Position numbers and translations under genes: made by a program. A stretch of 64,000 nt of DNA. Origin: Candidatus Poribacteria bacterium. GTDB lineage: Bacteria; Poribacteria; WGA-4E; WGA-3G. Under the pieces are notes generated by a model. The model did not search any database, was not told the DNA's origin, and saw only the letters and a program-made list of their open reading frames with translations. The stretch spans positions 2,752,001-2,816,000 of the forward strand of contig OZ240248.1 of assembly GCA_965198235.1 (NCBI GenBank), read 5' to 3'. Positions 30,535 through 40,090 of the stretch are shown here, one piece after another. Each line of letters starts with the position of its first letter. Position 1 is the first letter of the stretch.

Positions 30535-30622
30535 ATGGCTTGCTTCGCAGTGAGAACTGTCGGCTTTCAGCAAATGGCTTGCTTCGCAGTGAGAACTATC
30601 TTACTGACTGCTGACGGCTATT
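30535..30622. repeat. Family B element filling the tig-clpP spacer, with a 24-bp direct repeat
   Basis: ATGGCTTGCTTCGCAGTGAGAACT at 30535-30558 and 30574-30597, followed by CTGACTGCTGACGGCTA. Confidence 0.8.
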
Positions 30623-30624
30623 CT

Positions 30625-31944
30625 TCAGGTAATGATGAGCGATTGCTTGGCGGAGGCACGGTTAATCAGGAACTGATAAATCTTCTCGTGTTGTAACTGT
30701 CCCCGGAAATCCTCTAATCGGTTGCTTGACTTTAGCAGAGAAGCATATTTTTGGGCATCTCGGTTTTGCTGTTCTGCAGCGCGTCGAATCTCATATTCCA
30801 ATTCATCATCGGATACGAAAACGCCTTCCTTCTCAGCAATTGTCTCGAAAATCCATGACTGTTTTGTTTGTTGAATGACATCTCGACGTAACTCATCGGG
30901 CAGGGTATCCATGTTAATCCCGGCATCTTCAGGACTTCTGTGCTCATTTGTCAGTTGTTGTTTGACGTTCTGAAGCGTATGTTGTACATATTGATCAACT
31001 AAGGGGTCTGGGATGGTAATCTCGATCTTTTCGATGAGTTGTTCCAGCAATTCTGCCTTCTGCTTATCAACGTGTAGACTCGTCTCTTCCTCAACAAGAT
31101 TGTTCCATATCAACCCATAAAGTTGGGAGTAGTTCTCGTACCCGAGGTCTTTGGCAAACTCGTCATCTAAGGCTGGAAGTTGTTTTTGCGTGATAGCGTG
31201 CAGCGTTATTTCGTATTGAGTGGATTTGCCCGCAAGCTCAGCAACACTATGTTCTTGTGGAAATTCAATATCCACGTTATTTGTATCCCCAATCTCCATT
31301 TCAAGTAACGCCTGCTCAAGTTTTTCGTGTATAGCCCCAACGCCGAGTTCTATATCAACATCTTGCCGCGATTCGGTATCAACTCGATTCCCGTCGAGTA
31401 AGCATTCCCAATCTATCCGAACACAGTCTTCCTCTTGGACCGGACGTTCAACATCAAGCGGTTCATAAGTTGCAGATTGCGCTTGCAACCGCGTAATATA
31501 GGCATCAACATCTTCACGGGGCACGTCAACAGGGTTTTTATCGGTTACGAGTTCATCATAATTCGGAAGGCTGATACTGGGTCGAATGTCTACAGTGGCT
31601 GAGAACGTGAAAGGCTCGTTTTCCTTGACTTGCAATTCATTAAGTGGCGGTGTGAAAGTGGGTTGTGTGAGTGGGTTGAGCCGCTCGTTATAGATTGCAT
31701 CTTCGTAGGCAGGAGCGACAAGATACCGAACAGCTTCGCTATTGACGTACTCAGGAAATCGTGATTTGAGGATTGCTACGGGGACACGACCTTTTCGGAA
31801 ACCCGGAATAGAGACTTGGGTACGTAACGACTCGCAAGTTTCCACCAGTGCTGCATTGACATCTTCAGAAGGAATCTCTATGTCCAAACGGACTCTTGTG
31901 GTCTCTAACCTTTCAATTTGAACTTTCAAGTTTTCTGTCCTCAC
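30625..31944 (-). CDS. tig: Trigger factor
   Basis: Ribosome-binding signature IPGFRKGRVP, LPALDDEFAK; position upstream of clpP-clpX-lon. Confidence 0.95.
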   Translation of the reverse strand: MRTENLKVQIERLETTRVRLDIEIPSEDVNAALVETCESLRTQVSIPGFRKGRVPVAILKSRFPEYVNSEAVRYLVAPAYEDAIYNERLNPLTQPTFTPPLNELQVKENEPFTFSATVDIRPSISLPNYDELVTDKNPVDVPREDVDAYITRLQAQSATYEPLDVERPVQEEDCVRIDWECLLDGNRVDTESRQDVDIELGVGAIHEKLEQALLEMEIGDTNNVDIEFPQEHSVAELAGKSTQYEITLHAITQKQLPALDDEFAKDLGYENYSQLYGLIWNNLVEEETSLHVDKQKAELLEQLIEKIEITIPDPLVDQYVQHTLQNVKQQLTNEHRSPEDAGINMDTLPDELRRDVIQQTKQSWIFETIAEKEGVFVSDDELEYEIRRAAEQQNRDAQKYASLLKSSNRLEDFRGQLQHEKIYQFLINRASAKQSLIIT

Positions 31945-32130
31945 GCCAGGCGTTCAAAGCCCGAATACTTTAAATCAGAACTCACTCTTATGTTGCTTCG
32001 CAGTGAGAATTTTCCAAGATGTCAAGTAAAATACTTTCGCAATCTGGGGAAGTTTACGAGGATCGCGCCAGATTCAACTTTTATGCGGATTGTCCAACCC
32101 TACCACTATCACCACCCTCCAATACGATGA

Positions 32131-32215
32131 TGGGCGAGGAGGGACTTGAACCCTCACGAGGCGTAACCCCAATAGATCCTAAGTCTATCCTGTCTACCAA
32201 TTCCAGCACCCGCCC
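32131..32215 (-). tRNA. tRNA-Leu(TAG)
   Basis: Anticodon arm ATAGA-CTTAGGA-TCTAT, long variable arm, T-loop GGTTCAAGTCC. Confidence 0.95.
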
Positions 32216-32239
32216 GAACCCGCTTTATGACACTAAAGA

Positions 32240-32312
32240 TGCGCCGTGAAGGAATCGAACCTTCAACCGCCTGATTAAGAGTCAGATGCTCTGCCGATTG
32301 AGCTAACGGCGC
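32240..32312 (-). tRNA. tRNA-Lys(CTT)
   Basis: Anticodon arm TCTGA-CTCTTAA-TCAGG, T-loop GGTTCGATTCC. Confidence 0.95.
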
Positions 32313-32388
32313 GCCTGTTTCTGCGCAAGCCTCTATAGGAAACCTGCGGGACAATGCGAAGCGTTTCTCTATTACCATAGACGCGTTT

Positions 32389-32424
32389 TGTAAGTACCAC
32401 TCGCTATGTAAGTACCACTCGCTA
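32389..32424. repeat. Perfect 18-bp tandem duplication
   Basis: TGTAAGTACCACTCGCTA x2. Confidence 0.9.
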
Positions 32425-32472
32425 ATTGTTAGGTGCGCTTTCAAAGCCGACACACAGCATCCAAAAAATATA

Positions 32473-32546
32473 CGCGCCCGGAGGGATTCGAACCCCCAAC
32501 TTATAGTATCTTCGGCTTATTGCTCTATCCATTGAACTACGGACGC
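32473..32546 (-). tRNA. tRNA-Arg-like gene with aberrant anticodon arm (possible pseudo-tRNA)
   Basis: GCGTCCG acceptor, D arm GTTC-AATGGATA-GAGC and T arm GGGGG-TTCGAAT-CCCTC are normal. The anticodon region ATAAGCCGAAGATACTAT has no canonical 5-bp stem, 7-nt loop or U33. Confidence 0.7.
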
Positions 32547-32554
32547 ATATTAAA

Positions 32555-32627
32555 GGTGGATGATGGGATTTGAACCCACGCCCACTTGATCCACAGTCAA
32601 GTGCTCTACCCCTGAGCTACATCCACC
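32555..32627 (-). tRNA. tRNA-His(GTG)
   Basis: Anticodon arm CTTGA-CTGTGGA-TCAAG; encoded G-1 and C73. Confidence 0.95.
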
Positions 32628-32660
32628 ATGCTTCGATTCTTCATCGAGCAGTCTGAAAAG

Positions 32661-32734
<74 letters not shown>

Positions 32735-32762
32735 TCGTACTACAAATTTCGTTCTTTTCTGA

Positions 32763-32838
<76 letters not shown>

Positions 32839-32943
32839 AAATTCCCTATAATACAAACTTGCCAACAACAAATATGCTGTTAGCAACTACGAGTGCAATA
32901 TGTGCTTGAAATTACACCTATATTTCTTCTCGGTGTTGTTTAA

Positions 32944-32972
32944 ATTATACACCATTCTCTCGCGTTTGTCAA
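32944..32972 (-). promoter_or_regulatory. Consensus sigma70 promoter for the tRNA cluster
   Basis: TTGACA-17 nt-TATAAT, about 100 bp upstream of tRNA-Pro. Confidence 0.8.
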
Positions 32973-33016
32973 ATTATAATGAAAATTTTTGTCTTTTTTG
33001 GCAACCCATCTCGTCT

Positions 33017-33066
33017 TGACATACTCTCCCGCTGAAGCAGGGAGTTTTGGCGGGTAAATTAGATAA
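33017..33066 (+). mobile_element. Possible IS200/IS605-type end remnant
   Basis: TTGACATACTCTCCCGCTGAAGCAGGGAGTTTTGGCGG...AGATAA, a hairpin resembling IS605/TnpB subterminal palindromes; no ORF. Confidence 0.35.
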
Positions 33067-33260
33067 ACATGTCGCATCTCCCCTTTGTCAGTCCGAAAAT
33101 TAACGCAATTTCCAAAAACTAAATCGTTATATCATCCAAAATAACCCATTAAAATCTTTTTACATGAAACTTGTATAAACCTATTTACGATAATTATGTC
33201 AAACACTCCAAATAAACACTTTTTATGACAATAAACACACAAAAAAGTTCAGGAGGAAAC

Positions 33261-34562
33261 ATGCGCTTAATTGAAGGAATATCCATTGGAATCTCCGCGA
33301 TTCGTTCAAATAAGATGCGCTCGCTGCTGACAATGCTCGGCATTGTCATCGGTATCGCAGCCGTGCTGGCGATGATTGCTATCGGTGATGGGGCTAAGCA
33401 AATTGTGATACAAGATGCACAGAAAATGGGTGGTGCAACCCGAATCACACTGTACCAGACATCCTACAAACGGGAAAATAACAGGTGGGTCCGTATCCGT
33501 AGCAACGAATACATGGAATATGGAGATGTATTGGCTATCGAGGCAGAGTGCCCATCTGTGAGTGCTGTCACGCCGAGAATTGCGGATTGGCGAGGTGTCC
33601 TGTTTCAGGGCCCGGGCGGCACTGAAACCCGTGCCGGCTATAACGGTGTAGACGCTAACTATACAACCGCAATGGATTGGGACGTTAAAGAGGGACGCTT
33701 CATTACAGACGAAGATGTCCAAAACGCAACAAAAATCTGTGTCCTCGGAGATGAAATCGCAACCGAACTCTTTGGCAATAAATCACCCTTAGGACAAGAG
33801 ATTAAAATTGCCAGAGATGTCCGATACTACGATCAGTGGGGCAGAAGACGGCGAGGCCGGTTGACCGAGCGCTTCACGGTTGTCGGTACACTCGTACCGA
33901 GAGGGACAAGTTTCCAGTTTGGATGGAGTTACGACAACCTTGCTTTTATCCCTGTATCAACTGTACAAGAGCGTTTCACGGGGGACGATAAGATTCGGAA
34001 TATTATGGTTTTCGCGAATACTGTTGACGTTGTCCCGAAAGCGATCGAAGAGGTGAAAAACATCATCAGAAAGCGGCACAGAAACCAAGACGAATTCGTC
34101 AGAATCTTTGAAATGCGCGCAGGTATGGCACAGTTGCAGAAAATCAGTAAGATGATTAAAATTGCTCTGGGGAGCATCGCGGGTTTCTCACTCCTTGTTG
34201 GGGGCATCGGTATCATGAATATGATGTTAGTCGCCGTCACTGAGCGGACCCGAGAGATCGGACTCAGGAAGGCACTTGGTGCCAAACCTTTAGATATCTT
34301 GGCTCAGTTTCTAATAGAGGCAGTTATAATGTGTGCTGTAGCCGGGGCAATCGGTATCGGATTAGGCATCTTTGCTGGCGAAGGTATGGCAATGATCGCT
34401 GTTAAAATTGCCAAAATTGTTCCCGAATGGCCCTCGGTTGTCTCTATGCAGTGGGTCATAATTTCGGTATCATTCTCCGCAGCGATTGGCATATTCTTTG
34501 GCATGTATCCTGCAATCAAAGCTTCCAGCCTCCCACCGGTCGAAGCACTCCGCAAGGATTAA
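33261..34562 (+). CDS. ABC transporter permease, MacB/FtsX family (no ATPase domain)
   Basis: NKMRSLLTMLGIVIG, VGGIGIMNMMLVAVTERTREIGLRKALGA, PPVEALR; SD AGGAGG. Confidence 0.93.
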   Translation: MRLIEGISIGISAIRSNKMRSLLTMLGIVIGIAAVLAMIAIGDGAKQIVIQDAQKMGGATRITLYQTSYKRENNRWVRIRSNEYMEYGDVLAIEAECPSVSAVTPRIADWRGVLFQGPGGTETRAGYNGVDANYTTAMDWDVKEGRFITDEDVQNATKICVLGDEIATELFGNKSPLGQEIKIARDVRYYDQWGRRRRGRLTERFTVVGTLVPRGTSFQFGWSYDNLAFIPVSTVQERFTGDDKIRNIMVFANTVDVVPKAIEEVKNIIRKRHRNQDEFVRIFEMRAGMAQLQKISKMIKIALGSIAGFSLLVGGIGIMNMMLVAVTERTREIGLRKALGAKPLDILAQFLIEAVIMCAVAGAIGIGLGIFAGEGMAMIAVKIAKIVPEWPSVVSMQWVIISVSFSAAIGIFFGMYPAIKASSLPPVEALRKD

Positions 34563-34720
34563 AACACAGTTACCCAGTTAATACCTATCCTCGTAGACGC
34601 GCTTTCTAAGCGCGTCTTTTCTTTTTTCAACTAATTTCTTTAATCCTTCTCCTCTAAAATTTCCCTCTTTATAGTAAAGCCCGAAAGTATGTGAACATAG
34701 GGATTGGGGACCTCCCTCCT

Positions 34721-34836
34721 CGCTGGCGAGGTTTCCTTGGGGAGATCCGCAGAAATCCGCAGAAATCCACAGAAATCCGCAGAAACGCCCAAGCAAAAAC
34801 CCCAAGCAAAAACACCCCAAGCAAAAACACCTCGCC
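34721..34836 (+). repeat. Family A tandem-unit array inside a GGCGAGGT...ACCTCGCC hairpin
   Basis: About four AGAAATCCGC-type units then three CCCAAGCAAAAAC units; an empty version of the hairpin is at 55323-55348. Confidence 0.85.
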
Positions 34837-35154
34837 AACTCTAATGCGTATAGGTAATTATGGGCTTTACTATAATATCTGTTCTCGTAGGCGGGTTTGG
34901 AAAGCTCCTTTGCCCATCGAATCCGAAATCCTATTCACCAACTCCAAAATTCACAACCAACAAACAATAAACCTATTTCACTTAATTGCGTCTAAATCTA
35001 ATAGGATAGTTAACTTCAACAAATGCTATAAGGACTGTGATTTGGAAACCGTTTCTATAAAAAAAGAAATTGCTACGAGAAAAATCGAACTTTATTTACA
35101 CTTTCTTTGTCTAACGCATTAAGGATAGGAGTACTTTTAATTTGGAGGCATGAA

Positions 35155-36459
35155 ATGCGTATAATTGAAGGGGTATCCGTTGGAATTTCCGCAATTCGTA
35201 GCAACAAAATGCGTTCGTTGCTGACGATGCTTGGAATTATTATCGGCGTTGCTTCAGTGCTGGCAATGATAGCTATCGGCGATGGAGCAAAGATGATTGT
35301 GTTACAAGATGCGCAGAAATTGGGTGGTGTAAATCAATTCACGATGTATCGAAGCTCTCACAAGCGGGTCGGAAACCGTTGGATGCCGAATCGCAGCAAC
35401 GAATACTTTGAGTACGAAGATGTATTGGCGATTGAGGCGGAATGTCCATCTGTAAAGTTAGTTGTGCCACGAATTCCAGAATGGCGAGGTGTGCTTGTCC
35501 AAGCCGCCGGCGGAGCAGAACACCGCACAGGTTATAACGGCGTAAATGCCTCGTTCTCGGAAGCAATGGATTGGAATATCCAGCAGGGGCGTTTTATTAC
35601 AAACGAAGATATTGACAATGAGGCAAAGGTTTGCGTACTTGGTGCTGAAGTGACTACTGCCCTGTTCGGGAATAAGTCTCCTTTAGGAAAAGAGATTAAA
35701 ATTGGCAAAGGTCCCGGCGGACGTTTCGATCGATATGGTAGAAAAGACCGGAAGCGGATAACCGAACGTTTCACTGTTATCGGCACAATGGAAACCAGAG
35801 GACGTAGCTTGCGGTTCGGCTGGAATCTGGATGACATGATATTCATCCCGCTCACGACAACACAGGAACGTTTCACCGGTAACGATAGAATTAGGATGCT
35901 CTCAGTTCACGCGAATACTGTTGAAGAGGTCCCGCAAGCAATTGAAGAGGTGAAAGTTGTCCTCCGAAAGATGCATAAAGGTCAAGACGATTTCTTCTCG
36001 ATCTGGGATATGCGGGAAGGCATGGCGCAGTTGGACAAAATCAGTAAAGTTATTAAAATCGCATTGGGAAGTATCGCAGGATTTTCGCTGCTTGTCGGTG
36101 GCATTGGGATTATGAACATGATGCTCGTTGCTGTCACCGAACGCACTCGAGAGATCGGCTTACGAAAAGCGATCGGTGCGAAACGTATGGATATTCTGTT
36201 GCAGTTTTTAATAGAAGCAGTCGCAATGTGTAGTGTCGGAGGTGCACTCGGGGTTCTATTGGGGCTCGTCGCTGGCGAGGGTATGGCAATGCTCGCTGTC
36301 AGCATCGTCAAAATTGTTCCCGAATGGCCCTCGGTTATTTCCACAGAATGGATATTGATTTCGGTATCTTTTTCAGCGATAATCGGTATCTCTTTTGGGC
36401 TCTACCCAGCAATAAAAGCCTCTTCACTCTCACCGATTGAGGCACTCAGGACTGATTAG
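35155..36459 (+). CDS. ABC transporter permease, MacB/FtsX family (close paralog of 33261-34562)
   Basis: Same motifs, with shared stretches DVLAIEAECPSV and KIVPEWPSV. Confidence 0.93.
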   Translation: MRIIEGVSVGISAIRSNKMRSLLTMLGIIIGVASVLAMIAIGDGAKMIVLQDAQKLGGVNQFTMYRSSHKRVGNRWMPNRSNEYFEYEDVLAIEAECPSVKLVVPRIPEWRGVLVQAAGGAEHRTGYNGVNASFSEAMDWNIQQGRFITNEDIDNEAKVCVLGAEVTTALFGNKSPLGKEIKIGKGPGGRFDRYGRKDRKRITERFTVIGTMETRGRSLRFGWNLDDMIFIPLTTTQERFTGNDRIRMLSVHANTVEEVPQAIEEVKVVLRKMHKGQDDFFSIWDMREGMAQLDKISKVIKIALGSIAGFSLLVGGIGIMNMMLVAVTERTREIGLRKAIGAKRMDILLQFLIEAVAMCSVGGALGVLLGLVAGEGMAMLAVSIVKIVPEWPSVISTEWILISVSFSAIIGISFGLYPAIKASSLSPIEALRTD

Positions 36460-36472
36460 GAGGTAATTCATA

Positions 36473-37789
36473 ATGAATTTGATGGAATGTATTATACTCG
36501 GTATCTCAAATCTGCGGCGAAACCCCCTCCGATCAGCACTGACGATTTTAGGGATCATTGTCGGTGTAGGTTCCGTCGTCAGTATGGTATCCGTCGGCGA
36601 CGGGTCGAGTGCCATGGTTTTGCGGGAGATTGAGCGAACAGGCGGCACGAAAATGATTGAAATCTACAAAGACGCCTGGGACAAACAGTCGGGAACCTTG
36701 AGCCGTGCTGCCGGATCTGCCGTACGTGGAAGAAGCCGATGGCAAAGGAACCGCGCCGAAGATTTGGAAACCGAAGATGCGTTTGCAATTCTTGATAGAG
36801 CCAGAGGGATCGTCAATGTCGTTGCCGAAGATGATATGCCCCGCTGGAGCGTGAGTTACAAAGGCAGAACTAAAGAATCGCGCATCGTTGCCTCAACCGC
36901 TGGGTACGACCGGTCGCACAATTGGTATCCATCAAGCGGTAGGTTTTTCACACCGGAAGAGGTTGAAGCTGCCAGTAGTATTGCCGTTATCGGTCACAAA
37001 ATTAAGGAAGAGGTTTTTCTCGACGAAGATCCGGTTGGAAAAGAGATTAAAGCATCGCGTCCGTCTTACTGGCGTGGTAAACGTGGGCTTTATGAAGTGC
37101 GTCTAAAGGTCATCGGTGTCATGGAAGAAAAAGGTGATGCGATGGACACTTCTGGCTGGGATGACAGGTTCATCATTCCGATAACAACTCTTCAACAACG
37201 TTTTAAGGGCCGGGACGATGTTGAGCGCATTCGCGTAGAAGCAGTCGACGTGGATACAATTCCACTCGCTATAGCTGACTCGAAACGAATCTTAGGAAGA
37301 CAACATAACAACACAGGTGAAGAATATAACTATTGGACAGCTACAGAGGAATTGGCAACTGCCAGAAAAGTAGGTTTAGTAATGAAAGCACTAATGGGAG
37401 GGATCGCTGGCATCGCGCTGATGGTGGCTGGTATCGGCGTGATGAACATTATGCTTGTCTCTGTAACCGACCGGACAAAAGAAATCGGGCTCCGCAAGGC
37501 ACTTGGCGCAACCCGCAACGATATTCTGGCACAGTTTCTGGTTGAAGCAGCCGTGCTAACCCTCTCCGGCGGAATTGTCGGAGCAATCGCCGGGGTCTTC
37601 ATGGGGCAAGGAACAGCCGCCCTCATCTCCAAATTTGTCTGGGAAGGAAGCAACTGGCCCTCAGTGATTTCATTTGGAACGATGGTTATCGCATTGCTCG
37701 TTTCTGTAGCTATCGGCGTTTTCTTCGGGTTGTATCCCGCCAACAAGGCGGCGAAACTTACACCCGTCGAAGCACTTCGGTCCGATTAG
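36473..37789 (+). CDS. ABC transporter permease, MacB/FtsX family
   Basis: RSALTILGIIVG, GIGVMNIMLVSVTDRTKEIGLRKALGA, TPVEALRSD. Confidence 0.93.
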   Translation: MNLMECIILGISNLRRNPLRSALTILGIIVGVGSVVSMVSVGDGSSAMVLREIERTGGTKMIEIYKDAWDKQSGTLSRAAGSAVRGRSRWQRNRAEDLETEDAFAILDRARGIVNVVAEDDMPRWSVSYKGRTKESRIVASTAGYDRSHNWYPSSGRFFTPEEVEAASSIAVIGHKIKEEVFLDEDPVGKEIKASRPSYWRGKRGLYEVRLKVIGVMEEKGDAMDTSGWDDRFIIPITTLQQRFKGRDDVERIRVEAVDVDTIPLAIADSKRILGRQHNNTGEEYNYWTATEELATARKVGLVMKALMGGIAGIALMVAGIGVMNIMLVSVTDRTKEIGLRKALGATRNDILAQFLVEAAVLTLSGGIVGAIAGVFMGQGTAALISKFVWEGSNWPSVISFGTMVIALLVSVAIGVFFGLYPANKAAKLTPVEALRSD

Positions 37790-37993
37790 TCAGAGGAATG
37801 GCTGTCAGCCCTCGGCTGTCAGCACAGACTCTCCCACGCCTACTGATACAAAGCTTTTGAAGAGCGTGGGCGAGTCTGAGAAAGAGAACCTTGTGGCAGA
37901 CACAGAGGTTTTGCAGTCCAAAACCCCCGATGGTTTTCGAGAGCCAATATGTCACAAGTACCTGATAGCCGGCGGCTGATGGCTGACGGCTAT
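37790..37993. repeat. Family B element with internal long hairpin
   Basis: GCTGTCAG left arm, CAGACTCTCCCACGC...GCGTGGGCGAGTCTG hairpin, GCTGATGGCTGACGGCTA right arm. Confidence 0.8.
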
Positions 37994-38012
37994 TCTACAG
38001 GAGGGATTACCC

Positions 38013-39896
38013 TTGAAGAAAGTAATTATTGCTGCCGCCGTTGTTTTGGTTCTCGTCGTTGCAATCGGTTGGGTCGTACTGGGCCGTGGAAGAAATGGGC
38101 AAAACCCAGCTTTAGACCAGAAAATCGAGGTCGTTGAACGCGGCGATTTCCAAATGCGCATCAGTGCAACCGGCAACCTGGAACCGCTCATCGACGTAGA
38201 GATAAAATCCAACGTTGAAGGCGAAATCATTAGACTCCACGTTACAAACGGCGAGAGGGTTGAAAAAAACCAGGTGTTGCTGGAACTCGATCCGGAACTC
38301 TATCAAGAAGGAAAAAAACAGGCGGAAGCGGATGTCAAGGCTGCCAAAGCACAAGTCAGGCAAGCAGAACTAAACATTGAACTCAAAAGTGAACGGCTTG
38401 ACAGCGGACTCACGCGGGCTGACGCAGATTTGAAAATCGCCCAAGCGAATCTTGAGACCGTTCAAGCCACAACGATAACACAAATCAGCCAAGCGAAGAC
38501 AGACATTCAGACTGCGCAGAACTCGCTTGCCCAAGATAACATCGCCCTGGAGCAAGCCCGTATCGCGCTCGAACAGGCAAAAATTACGTTATCTGAACAG
38601 CAAACATTGCTAAAATCTGCCAAGATTTCCCAGGATAACGCAAAATCAGAACTCGATCGGAACACGGAACTCTTTAAAAAAGGGTTGGTTTCCAAAAAGG
38701 CATTGGAAGACGCACACGCTGCGCAGGCAAACGCAGAGGCACAACATGAAAATGCTAAAAAACGGGTTGAATCACAGAACCAGACCATCGTTTCACAAGG
38801 ACGAACCATTACAGTACGAGAGAGTTCCATAGCAACACGTGAAGCAACGTTGGAAAACCAGAAGTTGAACCTTGGCAACCTCATAAAAATGCGACAGAAA
38901 TCAGAGGAGGAGGCACAACTCCGCGTCCAAAATTCTAAGACCCAGTTACAGGAACTGATGCTAACTTTCGACAATGAGAAATCGTTAACGCAGCAATCCA
39001 AAGTGAGTGCTGAAGCGAATCAACTTCGTAGGGAGAGTAGCCTGAAAAACGAAGCAGAACGTCTTGATTGGACCACAATCAGGGCACCAATGGCTGGACT
39101 TGTCACACTCCTTGAATTGGAAGAGGGGGAAATTGTGACTTCTGGACGCTCCGCATTCTCGCAAAGCCCACCCATTATGACTATCGTTGATCCTTCCAAA
39201 ATGGTCGTCAAAACCTTCATCAACGAAGTCGATATGGAACGCCTCCGCTTCGACCAGCGCGCAGAAATCAAGGTAGATGCCTACCAAACAAAAACGTATG
39301 ATGGAAAAGTCTATGAAATTTCACCGAGTGGGCAAGAACAGGATAACATCATCTCATTTGAGGTGATGGTAGAAGTCAATGGTTCCCCGGAGGAACTCCG
39401 CCCCGGCATGAGCGCAGATGTTGACATTATCACCTATGAAGAAAAGGATGTCCTGTTGCTACCGATTGACGGTCTTATAAACGAGCCTTCGGCGACTGTC
39501 ATTGCGCAAGTTGATGATACCAAACCCTACAAGGCAAATCAACCCATTGAAGTCCAGACGATCAGTGAGAAAATTTTTAGAGGTACTGTGACAAATGTTG
39601 GTTCCAACGATGTCACCATTAGCCTCGATGGTTCACAACGCGGTATTCGTCCGGGGCCAACAACTCTGTCGCTTTTGGTAAAAGGTCAAAAGAAAGCCGA
39701 TGGCGTACGTGCTACAATTGAAACGTCGAAGGAAAAATCCGTTATGCTCGATGACGGCGGTGGCAAAGGCACACGTACAGAGGTTGAAACCGGCATGCAG
39801 AACGAAACACACGTGATTGTCAAAAGCGGACTCAAGGCAAGCGACCGCGTTATTCTGCAGCAACGGAAACCACCACAAAATGGATTCGGACGATAA
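38013..39896 (+). CDS. Periplasmic adaptor subunit (MacA/HlyD family) with very long coiled coil
   Basis: N-terminal TM, ATGNLEP, TTIRAPMAG, LRPGMSA. Confidence 0.9.
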   Translation: MKKVIIAAAVVLVLVVAIGWVVLGRGRNGQNPALDQKIEVVERGDFQMRISATGNLEPLIDVEIKSNVEGEIIRLHVTNGERVEKNQVLLELDPELYQEGKKQAEADVKAAKAQVRQAELNIELKSERLDSGLTRADADLKIAQANLETVQATTITQISQAKTDIQTAQNSLAQDNIALEQARIALEQAKITLSEQQTLLKSAKISQDNAKSELDRNTELFKKGLVSKKALEDAHAAQANAEAQHENAKKRVESQNQTIVSQGRTITVRESSIATREATLENQKLNLGNLIKMRQKSEEEAQLRVQNSKTQLQELMLTFDNEKSLTQQSKVSAEANQLRRESSLKNEAERLDWTTIRAPMAGLVTLLELEEGEIVTSGRSAFSQSPPIMTIVDPSKMVVKTFINEVDMERLRFDQRAEIKVDAYQTKTYDGKVYEISPSGQEQDNIISFEVMVEVNGSPEELRPGMSADVDIITYEEKDVLLLPIDGLINEPSATVIAQVDDTKPYKANQPIEVQTISEKIFRGTVTNVGSNDVTISLDGSQRGIRPGPTTLSLLVKGQKKADGVRATIETSKEKSVMLDDGGGKGTRTEVETGMQNETHVIVKSGLKASDRVILQQRKPPQNGFGR

Positions 39897-39958
39897 CTTT
39901 TTAAACTATTGAATCTGGTCATCGTTCCACTTCGTTTCACGATAGTTTTCGGTTAATT
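39897..39958 (-). repeat. Family C hairpin element
   Basis: TTTTTAAACTATTGAATCTGGTCATCGTTCCACTTCGTTTCACGATAGTTTTCGGTTAA. Confidence 0.85.
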
Positions 39959-39998
39959 CTAACGGGGATTAGAACGCGAACAGTTATCAAGAAGCTCT

Positions 39999-40090
39999 GC
40001 AATCAGCTATCGGCTTTCGGCAAAAGAGATTACTCATCCAGTAACCTCTTTACTGACGGCTGACTGCCGATGGCTGACGGTTGACTGCCA
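39999..40090. repeat. Family B heptamer-bracketed element between convergent genes
   Basis: GCTATCGGCTTTCGG...CTGACGGCTGACTGCCGATGGCTGACGGTTGACTGC. Confidence 0.7.

Noticed and set aside
30529-30573. ClpP N-terminal extension [15 protein letters not shown]
   Set aside because: Derived from the repeat in the spacer. The canonical start MNLVPIVVE is at 30528, though an upstream start cannot be fully excluded.
30535-30597. 24-bp direct repeats as a mini-CRISPR
   Set aside because: Only two copies 15 bp apart, and the motif is a dispersed repeat module
34691-35122. 143-aa ORF between permeases
   Set aside because: Translation of the family A repeat plus AT-rich spacer, with no recognisable domain
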